Source of the DNA: Alphaproteobacteria bacterium
Lineage (GTDB): Bacteria; Pseudomonadota; Alphaproteobacteria; SP197
NCBI GenBank assembly: GCA_965228895.1
Contig: OZ245842.1
Coordinates: 2,688,001 to 2,752,000, forward strand
DNA length: 64,000 nucleotides
Reading direction: 5' to 3'
Numbering within the stretch: position 1 is the first letter of the stretch; each line of letters starts with the position of its first letter. Shown here piece after piece: positions 50,043 to 60,702 of the stretch. The position numbers and the translations under genes are program-made. The notes under the pieces were generated by a model. That model worked only from the letters and a program-made list of their open reading frames with translations. It was not told the DNA's origin and made no database searches.

Positions 50043-50217
50043 GGAACGTGTCCGGAAATCTAAAGTGAGGCCGGCCCGGCCGGCAGGGCGCGTAAACCAC
50101 ACGTTGGCCCCCATTTTGTCAAGGACACTTGGCCTCCTGGGCCCTCCTGCGCCCTCCCAGGCATTTCCAGCGGCTTTCCGGTGTTTCCGCCGCGTTCCGG
50201 TGCTATAGAAGGGCTCC

Positions 50218-51378
50218 ATGACAGTTCTTACCGACCCCGCCGAGGTCGCGGCGCTCTGCGCCCGCCTTGGCCAGCACAACATCGTCACCGTCGACACCGA
50301 GTTCATGCGCGAGCGGACCTATTGGCCGATTCTGTGCCTGATCCAGGTCGCCAGCCCCGATGAGGCCGTTGCCATCGACCCAAGGGCCGACGGCATGGAT
50401 CTGGCGCCGCTGTTCGACCTGCTGCGCAACGCCGAGGTTCTCAAGGTGTTTCACGCCGCGCGCCAGGATCTGGAGATTTTCTACCATTTGATGGGCGAAG
50501 TGCCCCACCCGATCTTCGACAGCCAGGTTGCGGCCATGGTATGCGGCTTTGGCGAGCAGGTGAGCTATGAGCAGCTCGCCAAGCGCCTGGCCAATGCCAG
50601 CATCGACAAGGCATCGCGTTTTACTGACTGGTGCCGGCGCCCCCTGACCCAAAAGCAGGTCGACTATGCGCTTGCCGACGTCACACACTTGCGAACCGTC
50701 TATGACAAGCTGTCGCGCCAACTGAAGAAGAACAAACGCACGGACTGGCTGAGCGAGGAAATGGATGTTCTGACCAGCGCGCAAACCTATAAGACCGACG
50801 CCCGCCAGTCCTGGCGGCGCATCAAGATGCGCGGCGCCAAACCCCAGCAACTCGCCATACTTCGCGAACTCGCAGCATGGCGCGAGGAGACGGCGCAAAG
50901 CCGAGACGTGCCGCGCAACCGGATCATGAAAGACGATGCGCTGGCCCAGATCGCGACCCAGCGCCCGACCAGCCGCGAAGAACTCGGCCGCGTCCGCATG
51001 CTGCCCAGCGGGCTGGCCAACAGCGCCGACGGCAAGGCGATCCTGGAGGCCGTCACCAAGGGGCTCGCCGTGCCGCGCGACGAAGCGCCGCGTAAGGACA
51101 GCAACGGCCGGCCCGACAAGGAACCGCCGGCCGGCCTGGTCGATCTGCTGAAGACTCTGATGAAGGCGAAATGCGAACAGGCGGGCGTGGCGCCAAAGCT
51201 GGTCGCCAACATGGCGGACGTGGAGAAGCTCGCCGCCGAGGACAACCCGGACTCGCCCTTGATGAAAGGCTGGCGCTACGAAATCTTCGGCGCCGACGCC
51301 ATGAAACTCAAACGCGGCGAGCTCGCCTTGAGCGCCGACGAAAAGGGCCTGAAGGTCATCGACCTGACGAAGAGCTGA
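50218..51378 (+). CDS. rnd: Ribonuclease D
   Basis: VDTEF.RE.TY, FHAARQD, DW..RPL, YALADV, HRDC region, GWR. Confidence 0.95.
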   Translation: MTVLTDPAEVAALCARLGQHNIVTVDTEFMRERTYWPILCLIQVASPDEAVAIDPRADGMDLAPLFDLLRNAEVLKVFHAARQDLEIFYHLMGEVPHPIFDSQVAAMVCGFGEQVSYEQLAKRLANASIDKASRFTDWCRRPLTQKQVDYALADVTHLRTVYDKLSRQLKKNKRTDWLSEEMDVLTSAQTYKTDARQSWRRIKMRGAKPQQLAILRELAAWREETAQSRDVPRNRIMKDDALAQIATQRPTSREELGRVRMLPSGLANSADGKAILEAVTKGLAVPRDEAPRKDSNGRPDKEPPAGLVDLLKTLMKAKCEQAGVAPKLVANMADVEKLAAEDNPDSPLMKGWRYEIFGADAMKLKRGELALSADEKGLKVIDLTKS

Positions 51379-51387
51379 GCGCTACCG

Positions 51388-52389
51388 TCAATGCCGGCTC
51401 AAGTAGGCCTCGGCCAGATCGCAGCTGTCGCGCGTGAAGTCATGGCCGATCTCACGCGCGAACGCCAATCGCTGATACTGATAGCCGACCCAGCCAACGA
51501 GCTGCAGGCGGCGTAGCATGATGAGCGTCCAGATCTCCGCCTCGGCATCGGCAGGCACGCTGGCGACACGCCGGTATCCGGCAAGCCAGCTCGCGATCAG
51601 ATCGGGCACGTCGGGCCTTTCCTCCAGGAAACTCAGCGCCGTCGCGAGATCATAGAGGAACCAACCGAAACCCAGATCGTCGAAATCGATGATCGCCGTG
51701 CGATCGCCTTCGACCAGCAGGTTCGCCAGGCGCAGATCCGCGTGGATCAGCCCGAAATGATCGTTGTCGACAGGCAGTGCGCCCAGGCGCTCGCGGACCG
51801 CGCTATCGACGCGCGACAGCAGCGCCAGCGTCTCGCCGGCAACATCGATCCCATCCCGCCAGCTCTGCCAGTTCAGTTTGTCGTCGAGAATGACCTCGGC
51901 GGAGAGCGTCGGGCGATGGAACCCCTCAGGCGGCTGCCAAGCCCGCGCCGCCTGGTGCATTTCCGCCGATATTCCACCGAGTCTCTCGAAACCTTCGACC
52001 AGGTTGTCCTCGTCCGGCTCGCTGCCGGCAATGAAACTGTAGACCACCGCGTGGCGCGGCCGGTCGAGGTCGCTTGCATGCATGGTCTGCACCAGCCTGC
52101 CGTCACGCGCCGGCTTGACCTTGGGCACGACGATGTCGGTGTTGTCGTGCAGGTGCATCAACCAGCGCATCTCCGATGCAATCTGGTCAGGCTCGTGATA
52201 GGTCAGCCGTCCGGAGCTGACACGAACGACATCCTTCTGCCCCGACACCGGATCGTCGACGACATAAACCTTGTTTTCCGACTCACTCAACAAGCGCACC
52301 GTCGTCTTGTCGGAGTAATCGTAGCGGTCGAGAAGATGGGCAGTTTCGCGCGCCAGCGCGGCGATGAGTTCGGCGGTATCTTGAACCAT
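51388..52389 (-). CDS. Aminoglycoside-phosphotransferase/homoserine-kinase-type II family kinase
   Basis: SEN, IHADLRLANLL, IDFDD..FG...YDLA. Confidence 0.88.
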   Translation of the reverse strand: MVQDTAELIAALARETAHLLDRYDYSDKTTVRLLSESENKVYVVDDPVSGQKDVVRVSSGRLTYHEPDQIASEMRWLMHLHDNTDIVVPKVKPARDGRLVQTMHASDLDRPRHAVVYSFIAGSEPDEDNLVEGFERLGGISAEMHQAARAWQPPEGFHRPTLSAEVILDDKLNWQSWRDGIDVAGETLALLSRVDSAVRERLGALPVDNDHFGLIHADLRLANLLVEGDRTAIIDFDDLGFGWFLYDLATALSFLEERPDVPDLIASWLAGYRRVASVPADAEAEIWTLIMLRRLQLVGWVGYQYQRLAFAREIGHDFTRDSCDLAEAYLSRH

Positions 52390-52396
52390 AGACGCG

Positions 52397-53173
52397 CTAG
52401 AGCGTGCCGCTATAGCTGCCGCCATCCATGACAAGGTTCTGCCCGGTGATGTAGCCGGCGTGCACGCTGCACAGAAAAGCGCAGGCGGCGCCGAACTCGT
52501 CGGCCTCGCCGAAGCGGCCGGCGGGATTGCTTTGGGCTTCGCGCTTCATGGTCGCTTCGAAGTCCTCATCGTTTTGGGCGCGCTTGGTCATGGTCTGGCG
52601 CAGACGGTCGGTGTTGAACGGGCCGGGCAACAGGCCGTTGATGGTGACGTTGTGGCGCACGGTTTCGCGCGACAGCCCGGCGACAAAACCGGTCAGGCCG
52701 GCACGCGCACCGTTGGAGAGGCCGAGGATCGGGATCGGCGATTTGACCGCGGCCGAGGTGATGTTGACAACGCGACCGAACCCGCGATCGATCATGCCGT
52801 CCACCGTTGCCTTGATGAGGAAGATTGCCGACAGCATGTTGGCGTCGAGCGCCTTGATCCAGTCGTCGCGGTCCCAGTCGCGGAAATCACCGGGCGGCGG
52901 ACCGCCCGCATTGTTGACCAGGATGTCCGGCGCGGGACAGGCCTCGAGCAGCGCCTGGCGTCCCTCGTCGGTCGTGGCGTCAGCCGGGACCGGTATCGCG
53001 CGTACGCCTGTCGCCGACGCAACCTCGCGGGCCGTCGCCTCGACGGTCTCGGCCGTGCGTCCGTTGATCACGACATCGACCCCTTCCCTGGCAAGCGCCA
53101 TGGCGCAGCCCTTGCCCAGCCCCTTGCTGGAGGCGCAAACGATGGCCGACTTGCCGGCTAGTCCGAGGTCCAT
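52397..53173 (-). CDS. Short-chain dehydrogenase/reductase
   Basis: ASSKGLG, LVNNAGGP, NITS, LSNGAR.GL, PG...T.R. Confidence 0.92.
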   Translation of the reverse strand: MDLGLAGKSAIVCASSKGLGKGCAMALAREGVDVVINGRTAETVEATAREVASATGVRAIPVPADATTDEGRQALLEACPAPDILVNNAGGPPPGDFRDWDRDDWIKALDANMLSAIFLIKATVDGMIDRGFGRVVNITSAAVKSPIPILGLSNGARAGLTGFVAGLSRETVRHNVTINGLLPGPFNTDRLRQTMTKRAQNDEDFEATMKREAQSNPAGRFGEADEFGAACAFLCSVHAGYITGQNLVMDGGSYSGTL

Positions 53174-53868
53174 GCTTCATCTCCCGTGAACGATGCCTGT
53201 TGTTCGAGGACGCGGCGTGCCAGTGGTATGGTGATGTTGCGCCGCTCGGCGAGCGACAGGCTGTCGAGACTTTCGACCAGACTGCCGACAGCGGCGAACG
53301 AACGTTCCATGCGCATGACGAGATAATCAATCACATCATCGGCAACGCGTAGCTGCCGATCGTCGAACAGTTTGACCAGAACGGCCGCCAGGAGACCATC
53401 ATCGGGCGCCGTCACCGCGACAGTCGGTATGGCGGCCAGACGCGACATCAGGTCGGGCAGAGCGATCGTCCAGCGCGCTGGCGCGTCACGCCCGGTCAGC
53501 ATCAAGAAACCGTCTTCTTCGCGAACCAGATTGATGACGTGGAACAAGGCTTCCTCATCGACGCCGCGATCGGAGTCTTCAACCACCAACCGGTGCTCAG
53601 GTCCCAACGCATCGATCACGTTGGCAACCGTCAACGCGCTCGCCGCGATCAGGCGCGCGCCTGACCGGTGCTGCCAGACATGGGCCAGGTGGCTCTTACC
53701 GCTAGCCGCCGGTCCATAGAGCGCCAGCGCCCGGCCCGGCCAGTCGGGCCAGCGGTCGAGCCAAGCGACGGCATCGCGGTTGGCGTCAGCGACGACAAAA
53801 TCCTCGGCGTCGAGCGCATGGCGGTGTTCGAACGAAAGCGGGATCTGGTCGGCCGTCACGGTCGTCAA
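53158..53868 (-). CDS. hda: DnaA regulatory inactivator HdaA
   Basis: QIPL clamp-binding-like motif, GPAASGKSHL, LFH.IN, PDL.SRL, RMERS. Confidence 0.9.
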   Translation of the reverse strand: MTTVTADQIPLSFEHRHALDAEDFVVADANRDAVAWLDRWPDWPGRALALYGPAASGKSHLAHVWQHRSGARLIAASALTVANVIDALGPEHRLVVEDSDRGVDEEALFHVINLVREEDGFLMLTGRDAPARWTIALPDLMSRLAAIPTVAVTAPDDGLLAAVLVKLFDDRQLRVADDVIDYLVMRMERSFAAVGSLVESLDSLSLAERRNITIPLARRVLEQQASFTGDEAWTSD

Positions 53869-54959
53869 AGTGGGTAGATGAGCCAGATGTCGCCCCGTTC
53901 GACGAGCGCCAGGCCCTGTTGGCGCAAGGTCGACTGCAGTCGTTGAACGTCGCCGAGGTAGCGCAGGTTAACGCGTGCGCTCTTGGCCGACAGGACAATC
54001 GTCTCGACGTCCTGGATGAGCGCCGTGCCCGACAGGACCCGGCGCATCTCCAACCAATTGGCGAGGTCATCGAACGACACGTCGACAACGATCTCATCCT
54101 GGGAATCAGGCGTCAGGAGATTGGCCATCTTCCACGTCTCGTTGACGCTTTCATCGGCAACCATGACGGCGTTCACCAGGTCGCCGGCGCTCAACGACGG
54201 GACAACGCGTGAGCCGAGGATGGGCACCTGCTCACCAATCGCCTCGGTATAGGTGACTAGCGATAGGCTGTTCGAATTGCCCGCCTCGATGGTGGCGACC
54301 AGAACACCTTGAGCGCCGTAGCGTTCGGCCAGCGGCTCCATCAGGGCCCAATTGCCTTGGACCGCGTCTTCGGCATCGAGCGACAGCAGGTCGGAGAGAT
54401 CGCCGAACGGCGCGCGCAGCGCGATTAGACCATGGCCCGGCGGCGCGTTCTGCCATGCTTGCAGCCACACGGCGTCGCCTTCCGACCACAGCAGCGGCGT
54501 ACCGCCGCGCACCAGAACCGGCAGCACCAACAGGGTCGGCCCGGGCGATTCGGCGAACGGAATGTTCTGAACGCTGAGCAGCGAGCGGACAGCTTCCGCA
54601 TTAAAGCGATAGGTTAGGTTTGCGACGTAACGTTCGGAAGATACACGTTCTTCGTCGACACCAAAACTACGCACCAAATCGGTCAACTGGCCCTGGCCAG
54701 CGCTGATCGCACGCTGCTGATCGCCGACCGGCACCAGGCGCTGCATGAGGAACCGCCAGGCCATCTGCTGGCCGTTGGCGAGCGCCGTGTTGCGTGCGGC
54801 GTCGGCGCTGTCGGCGGTTTCGTCGACCATCACGTTGCGGACCACGAAGGCGTCCTGGGCATGCGCCGGAACGAGACCGTTGAGGCCCGCGGCGAACGTT
54901 ACCAATCCTACTGAAACAACAAGGAGCCTGAGGCCCCATCGGCGAGGGTTTTGCCGCAT
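53865..54959 (-). CDS. DUF2066-family periplasmic protein
   Basis: Signal peptide ending AHA-Q, V.VD.TA..A..AR..A, conserved position between purM and hda. Confidence 0.8.
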   Translation of the reverse strand: MRQNPRRWGLRLLVVSVGLVTFAAGLNGLVPAHAQDAFVVRNVMVDETADSADAARNTALANGQQMAWRFLMQRLVPVGDQQRAISAGQGQLTDLVRSFGVDEERVSSERYVANLTYRFNAEAVRSLLSVQNIPFAESPGPTLLVLPVLVRGGTPLLWSEGDAVWLQAWQNAPPGHGLIALRAPFGDLSDLLSLDAEDAVQGNWALMEPLAERYGAQGVLVATIEAGNSNSLSLVTYTEAIGEQVPILGSRVVPSLSAGDLVNAVMVADESVNETWKMANLLTPDSQDEIVVDVSFDDLANWLEMRRVLSGTALIQDVETIVLSAKSARVNLRYLGDVQRLQSTLRQQGLALVERGDIWLIYPL

Positions 54960-55028
54960 TGCAAAGACGTTCCCATGACGTATGTTGAGCCGACGATAAC
55001 AGACCGCCGTTCGGGGAGCGAGGCCGCC

Positions 55029-56102
55029 ATGACAGGCCTGACCTATAGGGACGCAGGCGTCGATATTGATGCCGGCGAGAGTGTGGTTGAGGCGATCAAG
55101 CCGCTGGCCCGCGCAACCATGCGTCCGGGCGCCGATGCCGCGCTTGGCGGTTTCGGCGGCGTCTTCGACCCGCGCGCCGCCGGTTTTGAAGACCCCCTTT
55201 TGGTCTCCGGCACCGACAGCGTCGGCACCAAGTTGAAGCTGGCGATCGATGTCGGTGTCCACGACACCGTGGGGATCGATTGCGTCGCCATGTGCGCGAA
55301 TGATGTGCTCGTCCAAGGCGCCGAACCTCTGTTCTTTCTGGACTATATCGGCATCGGCCAGATGGAGGTCGATCTGGCCCGCGACCTCGTTGCCGGTGTG
55401 GCGGAGGGCTGCCGTCAGGCCGGGTGCGCCTTGATCGGCGGTGAGTCCGCCGAACTGCCGGGGCTCTATGCCGCCGGCGATTACGATCTCGTCGGTTTTT
55501 GCTGCGGCGCCGTCGAACGCGATGGCCTGCTGCCACGCGATGACATGGCCGCCGGCGACGTGATCCTGGCTCTGGCGTCCAGCGGCGTGCACTCCAACGG
55601 CTTTTCGCTGGTGCGTAAGGCCATCGCCCTGCGCGGCCTTGATCTGGCCGACGACGCGCCGTTCCAGCCCGGCACCAGCTTAGGGATAGCTCTGCTCGAG
55701 CCGACGCGCATCTACGTCAAGAGCTGCCTTGCTGCGATCAAGGGCGGCGGGGTGAAGGCGCTGTGCCACATCACCGGCGGCGGATTGACCGAAAACATTC
55801 CACGCGTCCTGCCCGATCACCTCAGCGCACACGTGACGGCAGGCTCCTGGCAGGTCCCCGCCGTCTTCCCATGGCTTGCGACCGGCCACCAGGGTTCGGG
55901 TATCACCGCCCAAGAGATGGCCCGCACCTTTAACTGCGGCGTTGGCATGATCGTTATCGCCGCGCCCGAAGACGCCGAGACCGTCGCGACAACCCTTCGC
56001 GATGCCGGAGAGTCGGTGTGGCCGATCGGCGAACTCGTCGCGCGCGATGACGCCGGGCCGTTGACGATCGACAACCTCGACAGCGACTGGCTCAAAGGCT
56101 GA
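55029..56102 (+). CDS. purM: Phosphoribosylformylglycinamidine cyclo-ligase
   Basis: [47 protein letters not shown]. Confidence 0.98.
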   Translation: MTGLTYRDAGVDIDAGESVVEAIKPLARATMRPGADAALGGFGGVFDPRAAGFEDPLLVSGTDSVGTKLKLAIDVGVHDTVGIDCVAMCANDVLVQGAEPLFFLDYIGIGQMEVDLARDLVAGVAEGCRQAGCALIGGESAELPGLYAAGDYDLVGFCCGAVERDGLLPRDDMAAGDVILALASSGVHSNGFSLVRKAIALRGLDLADDAPFQPGTSLGIALLEPTRIYVKSCLAAIKGGGVKALCHITGGGLTENIPRVLPDHLSAHVTAGSWQVPAVFPWLATGHQGSGITAQEMARTFNCGVGMIVIAAPEDAETVATTLRDAGESVWPIGELVARDDAGPLTIDNLDSDWLKG

Positions 56103-56110
56103 GGCTGGCG

Positions 56111-56755
56111 ATGAAGGTTGCGGTGTTCATTTCCGGGCGCGGCAGCAATCTGCAGGCGCTGATCGACCGCTGCGCGGACGGCACGATCCCCGCCGAGATC
56201 GGCTTGGTCCTGTCGAACCGGCCGGACGCCCAAGGTTTGACGCGGGCCGATCAGGCCGGCATCCCGACCGCCGTTGTCGACCACAAGACGTTCAGTACGC
56301 GTGACGACTTCGATGCGGTGCTCGACCGCACGGCGCGCAAGGCCGGCTGCACGTTCATCTGCCTGGCCGGCTTCATGCGGATCCTGACCGATCGGTTCAC
56401 GCGCAACTGGCGCGACCGCATGATCAACATCCATCCGTCGCTGTTGCCCGCCTTTCCGGGCATCAACTGCCATGCCCGCGCGATTGAAGCCGGCGTACGG
56501 ATCTCCGGCGCGACCGTCCACTTCAGCCGGCCCGAACTGGATGCCGGACCGATCATCGTTCAGGGCGCCGTACCGGTTCTGCCCGACGACGACGAGGACG
56601 CACTCGCGGCGCGGATTCTCGATGTCGAGCACCAGATCTATCCTCTGGCGCTGAAGCTGATTGCCCAAGGCCGCATCACCGTGCGCAACGAGATCGTCCG
56701 GATCGACGACGCCGACTTTGTCGACGGCATCATGATCAATCCGTTGCCGGATTAG
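56111..56755 (+). CDS. purN: Phosphoribosylglycinamide formyltransferase
   Basis: SGRGSNLQAL, LAGFMR, NIHPSLLP, GATVH, LDAGPI. Confidence 0.98.
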   Translation: MKVAVFISGRGSNLQALIDRCADGTIPAEIGLVLSNRPDAQGLTRADQAGIPTAVVDHKTFSTRDDFDAVLDRTARKAGCTFICLAGFMRILTDRFTRNWRDRMINIHPSLLPAFPGINCHARAIEAGVRISGATVHFSRPELDAGPIIVQGAVPVLPDDDEDALAARILDVEHQIYPLALKLIAQGRITVRNEIVRIDDADFVDGIMINPLPD

Positions 56756-56806
56756 ATCATTTAACGCTTACGCGTAGCCGGTGATGCCAACGAGACCAGA
56801 AATGTA

Positions 56807-56869
56807 CTAGGCGAGCACGTCACGCAGGGCGATAATCGCCGTCGTCAGATCGTCCTTCGGCCGCAGCGT
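56807..56869 (-). pseudogene. Orphan diverged copy of the last 20 codons + stop of the hisC-like gene
   Basis: Translates TLRPKDDLTTAIIALRDVLA* versus TLGPEDDLQTAIEALRDVLA* at 59629-59691; 49/63 nt identical by manual ungapped alignment. Confidence 0.85.
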
Positions 56870-57171
56870 GTTTGTACCCAACCCATGGGACGTGCGCCGG
56901 ACAAACAACATGTCTAGCCCTTGGCTTTCCAGGCACTCCTAAGACGCACCGTCGCCATTCAAAATGCGATCGCGTTGAGTGCAGGGCGACCGCACAAGCA
57001 CACGACCCCACGGTTGCAGGTGCGAGTTTCCAGGCCTACACTTTCAACTATTGCGAGCCCACCGATCCAATGCCACAAATCTCTCATGGGCTAAGGTTGG
57101 TGAACACAGAGTAGCTCTGTGTACGTAGGGCATTTGAACACCTTCTTGACACCGAGATACGGGGGTTAGGC

Positions 57172-58311
57172 ATGGGTGTAAATCAGTGGCTAGATAAAGT
57201 GGTTAGCGAGACCTATGAAGCTGCCTTAGATGGCGCCCGCTGGACTTCAGTCCTTCGCCTAATTGAATCCAAATTTCATGGAGTGAGCGCCACTTACTTT
57301 GTTCTTGATAGACGAAACCATCGAATACGACATTGGTCAGATCGAAACATCGAACAGTCGGGTGTGAAGGAGTATGACGCATACTATGCGTCCATTGATC
57401 CGCGAATACAGTATGCCGAAAAATACAGTTGTTCTGGATCCACTATTTATGATTATCTACATTCGAGCGAAGAGAGTATATCATCAAGTGAATACTACAA
57501 CTGGCTTTCCGAGCGCGACCACCGCTATTACATTGCAGGTATCACCCTACACGATCCGGCTCGCCTAGGCGTCATATCTGTACAGCGCAATGCCAATGGT
57601 GGACACGTCAGCGAGACCGAGATTGCCTTGTTTCGCGAGCTAGTGCCGCATTTTGCTCGAGCGACTCGGATAAGCGACAAAATTGGCTACGTTTCGTTGT
57701 TTGAGAACTCGATGCTGCAGATCATTGATCAGTTGCCATTCGCTGCACTGTTGTTAGATGACCTCGGCAAATGCGTCTACGTGAATCAATTGGGTGAAGC
57801 AGCACTTTCTCGCCATGATGGGTTTAGGATCAGACCAGACGGCAAACTCCAGGCTGCGGACACGCTCAGCGACGAGAGGCTTCAACACGCTGTTGCCCGC
57901 GCAATACGTTACTCGGTCGATCAAACCACCCGTCCGCCAAAGGAAGCGGTCTCTATCCGACGGAACACTTGCCGGAACGCCTACATCGCGTTTGCACTCC
58001 CTCTGATACATCGTGATGGCTTTGGGGGGCTTCGCACTCCAACTGTTCTTGTTCTTCTTAGAGACCCAGACCATGAGTTTCAGGTCGAATGTGATCGTAT
58101 TCAATCAGTCTTCGAGCTGACAGCTGCGGAGGCAAGGGCAGTCTGTGCACTCTGTGGCGGGCAAAGCCAAGGAGCGTACGCTCGAAAGACTGGGCTATCT
58201 ATCGAGACCGTGCGGTCACACGTGAAGAGAGCTCTCGAAAAAACAGATACTCACAAACAGGCTGAACTTGTCGCGTTGATACTACGAACCTTGTCGGGCC
58301 TCCCTAAGTAG
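57172..58311 (+). CDS. LuxR-type HTH transcriptional regulator with N-terminal sensory and PAS-like region
   Basis: LVPHF.RA, PAS-like LLLDD.G....VN, C-terminal FELT.AE......L..G...S.ETVRSH.K....KT.T..QAELV. Confidence 0.88.
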   Translation: MGVNQWLDKVVSETYEAALDGARWTSVLRLIESKFHGVSATYFVLDRRNHRIRHWSDRNIEQSGVKEYDAYYASIDPRIQYAEKYSCSGSTIYDYLHSSEESISSSEYYNWLSERDHRYYIAGITLHDPARLGVISVQRNANGGHVSETEIALFRELVPHFARATRISDKIGYVSLFENSMLQIIDQLPFAALLLDDLGKCVYVNQLGEAALSRHDGFRIRPDGKLQAADTLSDERLQHAVARAIRYSVDQTTRPPKEAVSIRRNTCRNAYIAFALPLIHRDGFGGLRTPTVLVLLRDPDHEFQVECDRIQSVFELTAAEARAVCALCGGQSQGAYARKTGLSIETVRSHVKRALEKTDTHKQAELVALILRTLSGLPK

Positions 58312-58371
58312 TCGAAGCAACTGCCCAACAGTCAGCGCAGTCAATGATTGGTTGGGCGAAGCCGCGAAGTG

Positions 58372-58393
58372 GCATCACCCGTTTGGGTGACGC
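58372..58393. promoter_or_regulatory. Palindromic operator candidate downstream of the LuxR-type regulator
   Basis: GCATCACCC-GTTT-GGGTGACGC (perfect TCACCC/GGGTGA core). Confidence 0.5.
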
Positions 58394-58626
58394 GGGCTAC
58401 AGCACCCAATTGATAATCTGCTCAAGTCGACGATGTAGGGTGAGGCTGGAGCAAAAAGCTCGTTGACTGAACGTGTGGCAAGACAGTCGGCGAATCACAG
58501 GTGCAGTGCTAGCGGGATATCGCTACGCCCATACCTCAGCCCGCGCGTCAACCAGACTCAGCTGCATGTCGAAGTGTCAGTTGGGTCTGACGAACAACAG
58601 ATGGCCTCATCGTGACGGAGGGATTG

Positions 58627-59511
58627 ATGGACTGCCTTAGTACACTAGTGACTAGCACTTATCGGGAGGGCTCTGAGTGGAACCGGGACTACAGGCTTTC
58701 TCAGTATGTATCCAAGGAAAGCTATGATCGACTTAAGCAAGACCTTTCAGCAGATGCGATCGTCTATCGCATTCCGCTGGGCGGAAGCTACTCAGATTAC
58801 AAAGCGAAATCTCGACGGATGGTTAGACGTAGCAACGCATCTTTGACTGAGGCACAGGCCCATAACGTCCTGTGGACTGGGCTTGATCAAGACTCGCTAC
58901 CTGCGTTCCAGGCATGTGTGAGGGCTGCAAGTTACGGCCTGTTTCTACATGCCGGCAAAGCGACGGAACAACATGTTGAACTGCTCCTCAGCTACAGACC
59001 AACACCTGAGGGCGACGAAGACCTGAAGCTCAAATGGTCGGGCCCGACTGACGGTCTAGACCTACCTAGCACAATTGACGCACACGGCGAGAACACAATC
59101 ATAATCGACAGGCCCTCGAGCGACGAGGAAGAGCGACTAATCGCCGCAAATGGAGAAGGTGGGATTTCAACCGGGGCGGTGCACATCACTGCCTATCCGC
59201 CTCCACCTCCGGAACTTCCTGTACCAGCTTGGGCTCAAGCTCAAGTTTATCTTGGCGGAGGCTCTCACACACTAGGGGAAGGTTACGAGCTAAGGAACAT
59301 CAGGTATTGGCCCCTCGATCAGCCACATACACACGCTTTCCGTTTTGACGTCTTCGGCTCGAATGGATTACTGAGGTCAGATGTTCCCTATGAGGGCCGC
59401 AACCAACCGCAATGGACGAAAAAGACGATTGAGATTGACGGTTACGTCCTGGAATTTGGATTCTCCCACTGGAATGACTACATGGGGACCCTTCACTACA
59501 GGATGTATTGA
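58627..59511 (+). CDS. Hypothetical protein, two regions joined by a Pro-rich linker
   Basis: GGAGGG RBS before ATG 58627; about 294 aa; PPPPPELPVP linker; no recognised family. Confidence 0.75.
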   Translation: MDCLSTLVTSTYREGSEWNRDYRLSQYVSKESYDRLKQDLSADAIVYRIPLGGSYSDYKAKSRRMVRRSNASLTEAQAHNVLWTGLDQDSLPAFQACVRAASYGLFLHAGKATEQHVELLLSYRPTPEGDEDLKLKWSGPTDGLDLPSTIDAHGENTIIIDRPSSDEEERLIAANGEGGISTGAVHITAYPPPPPELPVPAWAQAQVYLGGGSHTLGEGYELRNIRYWPLDQPHTHAFRFDVFGSNGLLRSDVPYEGRNQPQWTKKTIEIDGYVLEFGFSHWNDYMGTLHYRMY

Positions 59512-59628
59512 AGGACAATCCAGTCGGCTGACGGAGTTTTGGGCGTATTCTGCAGATTGCCGTAGCCATTCTCGCGTCACTTAAGCGGCTACGCAAAGAG
59601 ATGTGCGGTGCAGCAGCCTGTTGCCGGG

Positions 59629-60702
59629 CTATGCGAGGACGTCGCGCAGGGCTTCGATCGCTGTCTGCAGATCGTCTTCCGGCCCCAACGTCACCCGCAG
59701 ACAATCCGGCAGCTTGTAGCCGCCCATCGGCCGAAAAATGACGTCGCGCTGTTTCAGGGCATCAAAGACACCGGCCGCCTGATCGGCTCCGCCGGGAAAC
59801 CGCACGAGTACATAGTTGCCATGACCGGGGACGGGCTCAAGGCCCATCGACGTCACCGCGCCTTCGAACATCGTGCGAAGGCGATTGGTGAGATCGCGGT
59901 GACGGTCGACATGCGCGGTGTCACGGACTGCGGCGTGAGCGGCAGCAAGCGACGGCGCCGTCAGACTGTTGGGCAGTCGCAACCTGTGCACCATGTCAAT
60001 CACGTCCTGCGAGCCATAGGCCCAGCCGATGCGCAGACCGGCCAGGCCGTGCATCTTGGAGAACGTGTGGAGCACCACCGTGCGCGCACTTTCGCGCGCC
60101 AACGCAAGGCCATCGTCGTAGGCGGGGTCATTGACAAACTCGCCATAGGCGGCGTCCAGAACCAGCAACACATGGTCCGGCAGGGCACGTTCCAGTGCGC
60201 GGACCGTCTCGGCCTCCAGCAACGTCCCCGTCGGGTTGTTCGGATTGGCGAGGAACAGGATGCGGGTTTCCGGCGTTACCGCGCGCAGCAGGTGATCTAT
60301 GTCGACGGTCATGCCCGGTTCCTCGGCACGCACCGCACGGCCACCGGCAATGCGTGTGGCGGTATCGAAGAACAGATAGCCGTAGCGGCTGGTCAGAGCT
60401 TCGGTACCGGGCCCAAGATAAGCGAGCGCCAGATAAAGAATCACCTCCATCGATCCGGCTGTGCACACGATACGTTCGGGCTCGATATCGTGGATCTCGC
60501 CGAGCGCGTCGCGCAGAGTTCGCGCGTCAGTATCGGGATAGATCTGCGGCCGCGCCATCGCTTCTCGCGCCGCTTCGATCGCATGGCGGCTGGGCGGGAT
60601 GGCGGCTTCGTTCGACGCCAGTTGGATGGCGCCTGGGTTGCCGATCTCCGGGAGTTCATAAGGCGACAACACCTCGAGATAGGATTGCGCGATAAGCGGC
60701 AT
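59629..60702 (-). CDS. Histidinol-phosphate aminotransferase-like PLP enzyme
   Basis: LASNE, YPD, NPNNPTG, LDAAY.EF, TFSK.HGLAGLRIG. Confidence 0.9.
   Translation of the reverse strand: MPLIAQSYLEVLSPYELPEIGNPGAIQLASNEAAIPPSRHAIEAAREAMARPQIYPDTDARTLRDALGEIHDIEPERIVCTAGSMEVILYLALAYLGPGTEALTSRYGYLFFDTATRIAGGRAVRAEEPGMTVDIDHLLRAVTPETRILFLANPNNPTGTLLEAETVRALERALPDHVLLVLDAAYGEFVNDPAYDDGLALARESARTVVLHTFSKMHGLAGLRIGWAYGSQDVIDMVHRLRLPNSLTAPSLAAAHAAVRDTAHVDRHRDLTNRLRTMFEGAVTSMGLEPVPGHGNYVLVRFPGGADQAAGVFDALKQRDVIFRPMGGYKLPDCLRVTLGPEDDLQTAIEALRDVLA

Larger units (their letters stand above)
56807..59691. mobile_element. Small lower-GC genomic islet bounded by imperfect 63-bp direct repeats; no integrase
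   Basis: Many A/T-ending codons in both cargo genes (e.g. 57421-57480 is 20/60 GC); bounded by the duplicated 3' end of the hisC-like gene. Confidence 0.65.

Noticed and set aside
47919-50063. 714-aa plus-strand ORF
   Set aside because: Antisense shadow of aspS with no protein motifs.
51388-52389. Aminoglycoside resistance gene
   Set aside because: APH-fold motifs are shared with many metabolic kinases; core-like codon usage and context.
56772-59595. 9-bp inverted match GCGTAGCCG / CGGCTACGC near the islet ends as IS termini
   Set aside because: Too short, no transposase, and one copy lies outside the direct repeat.
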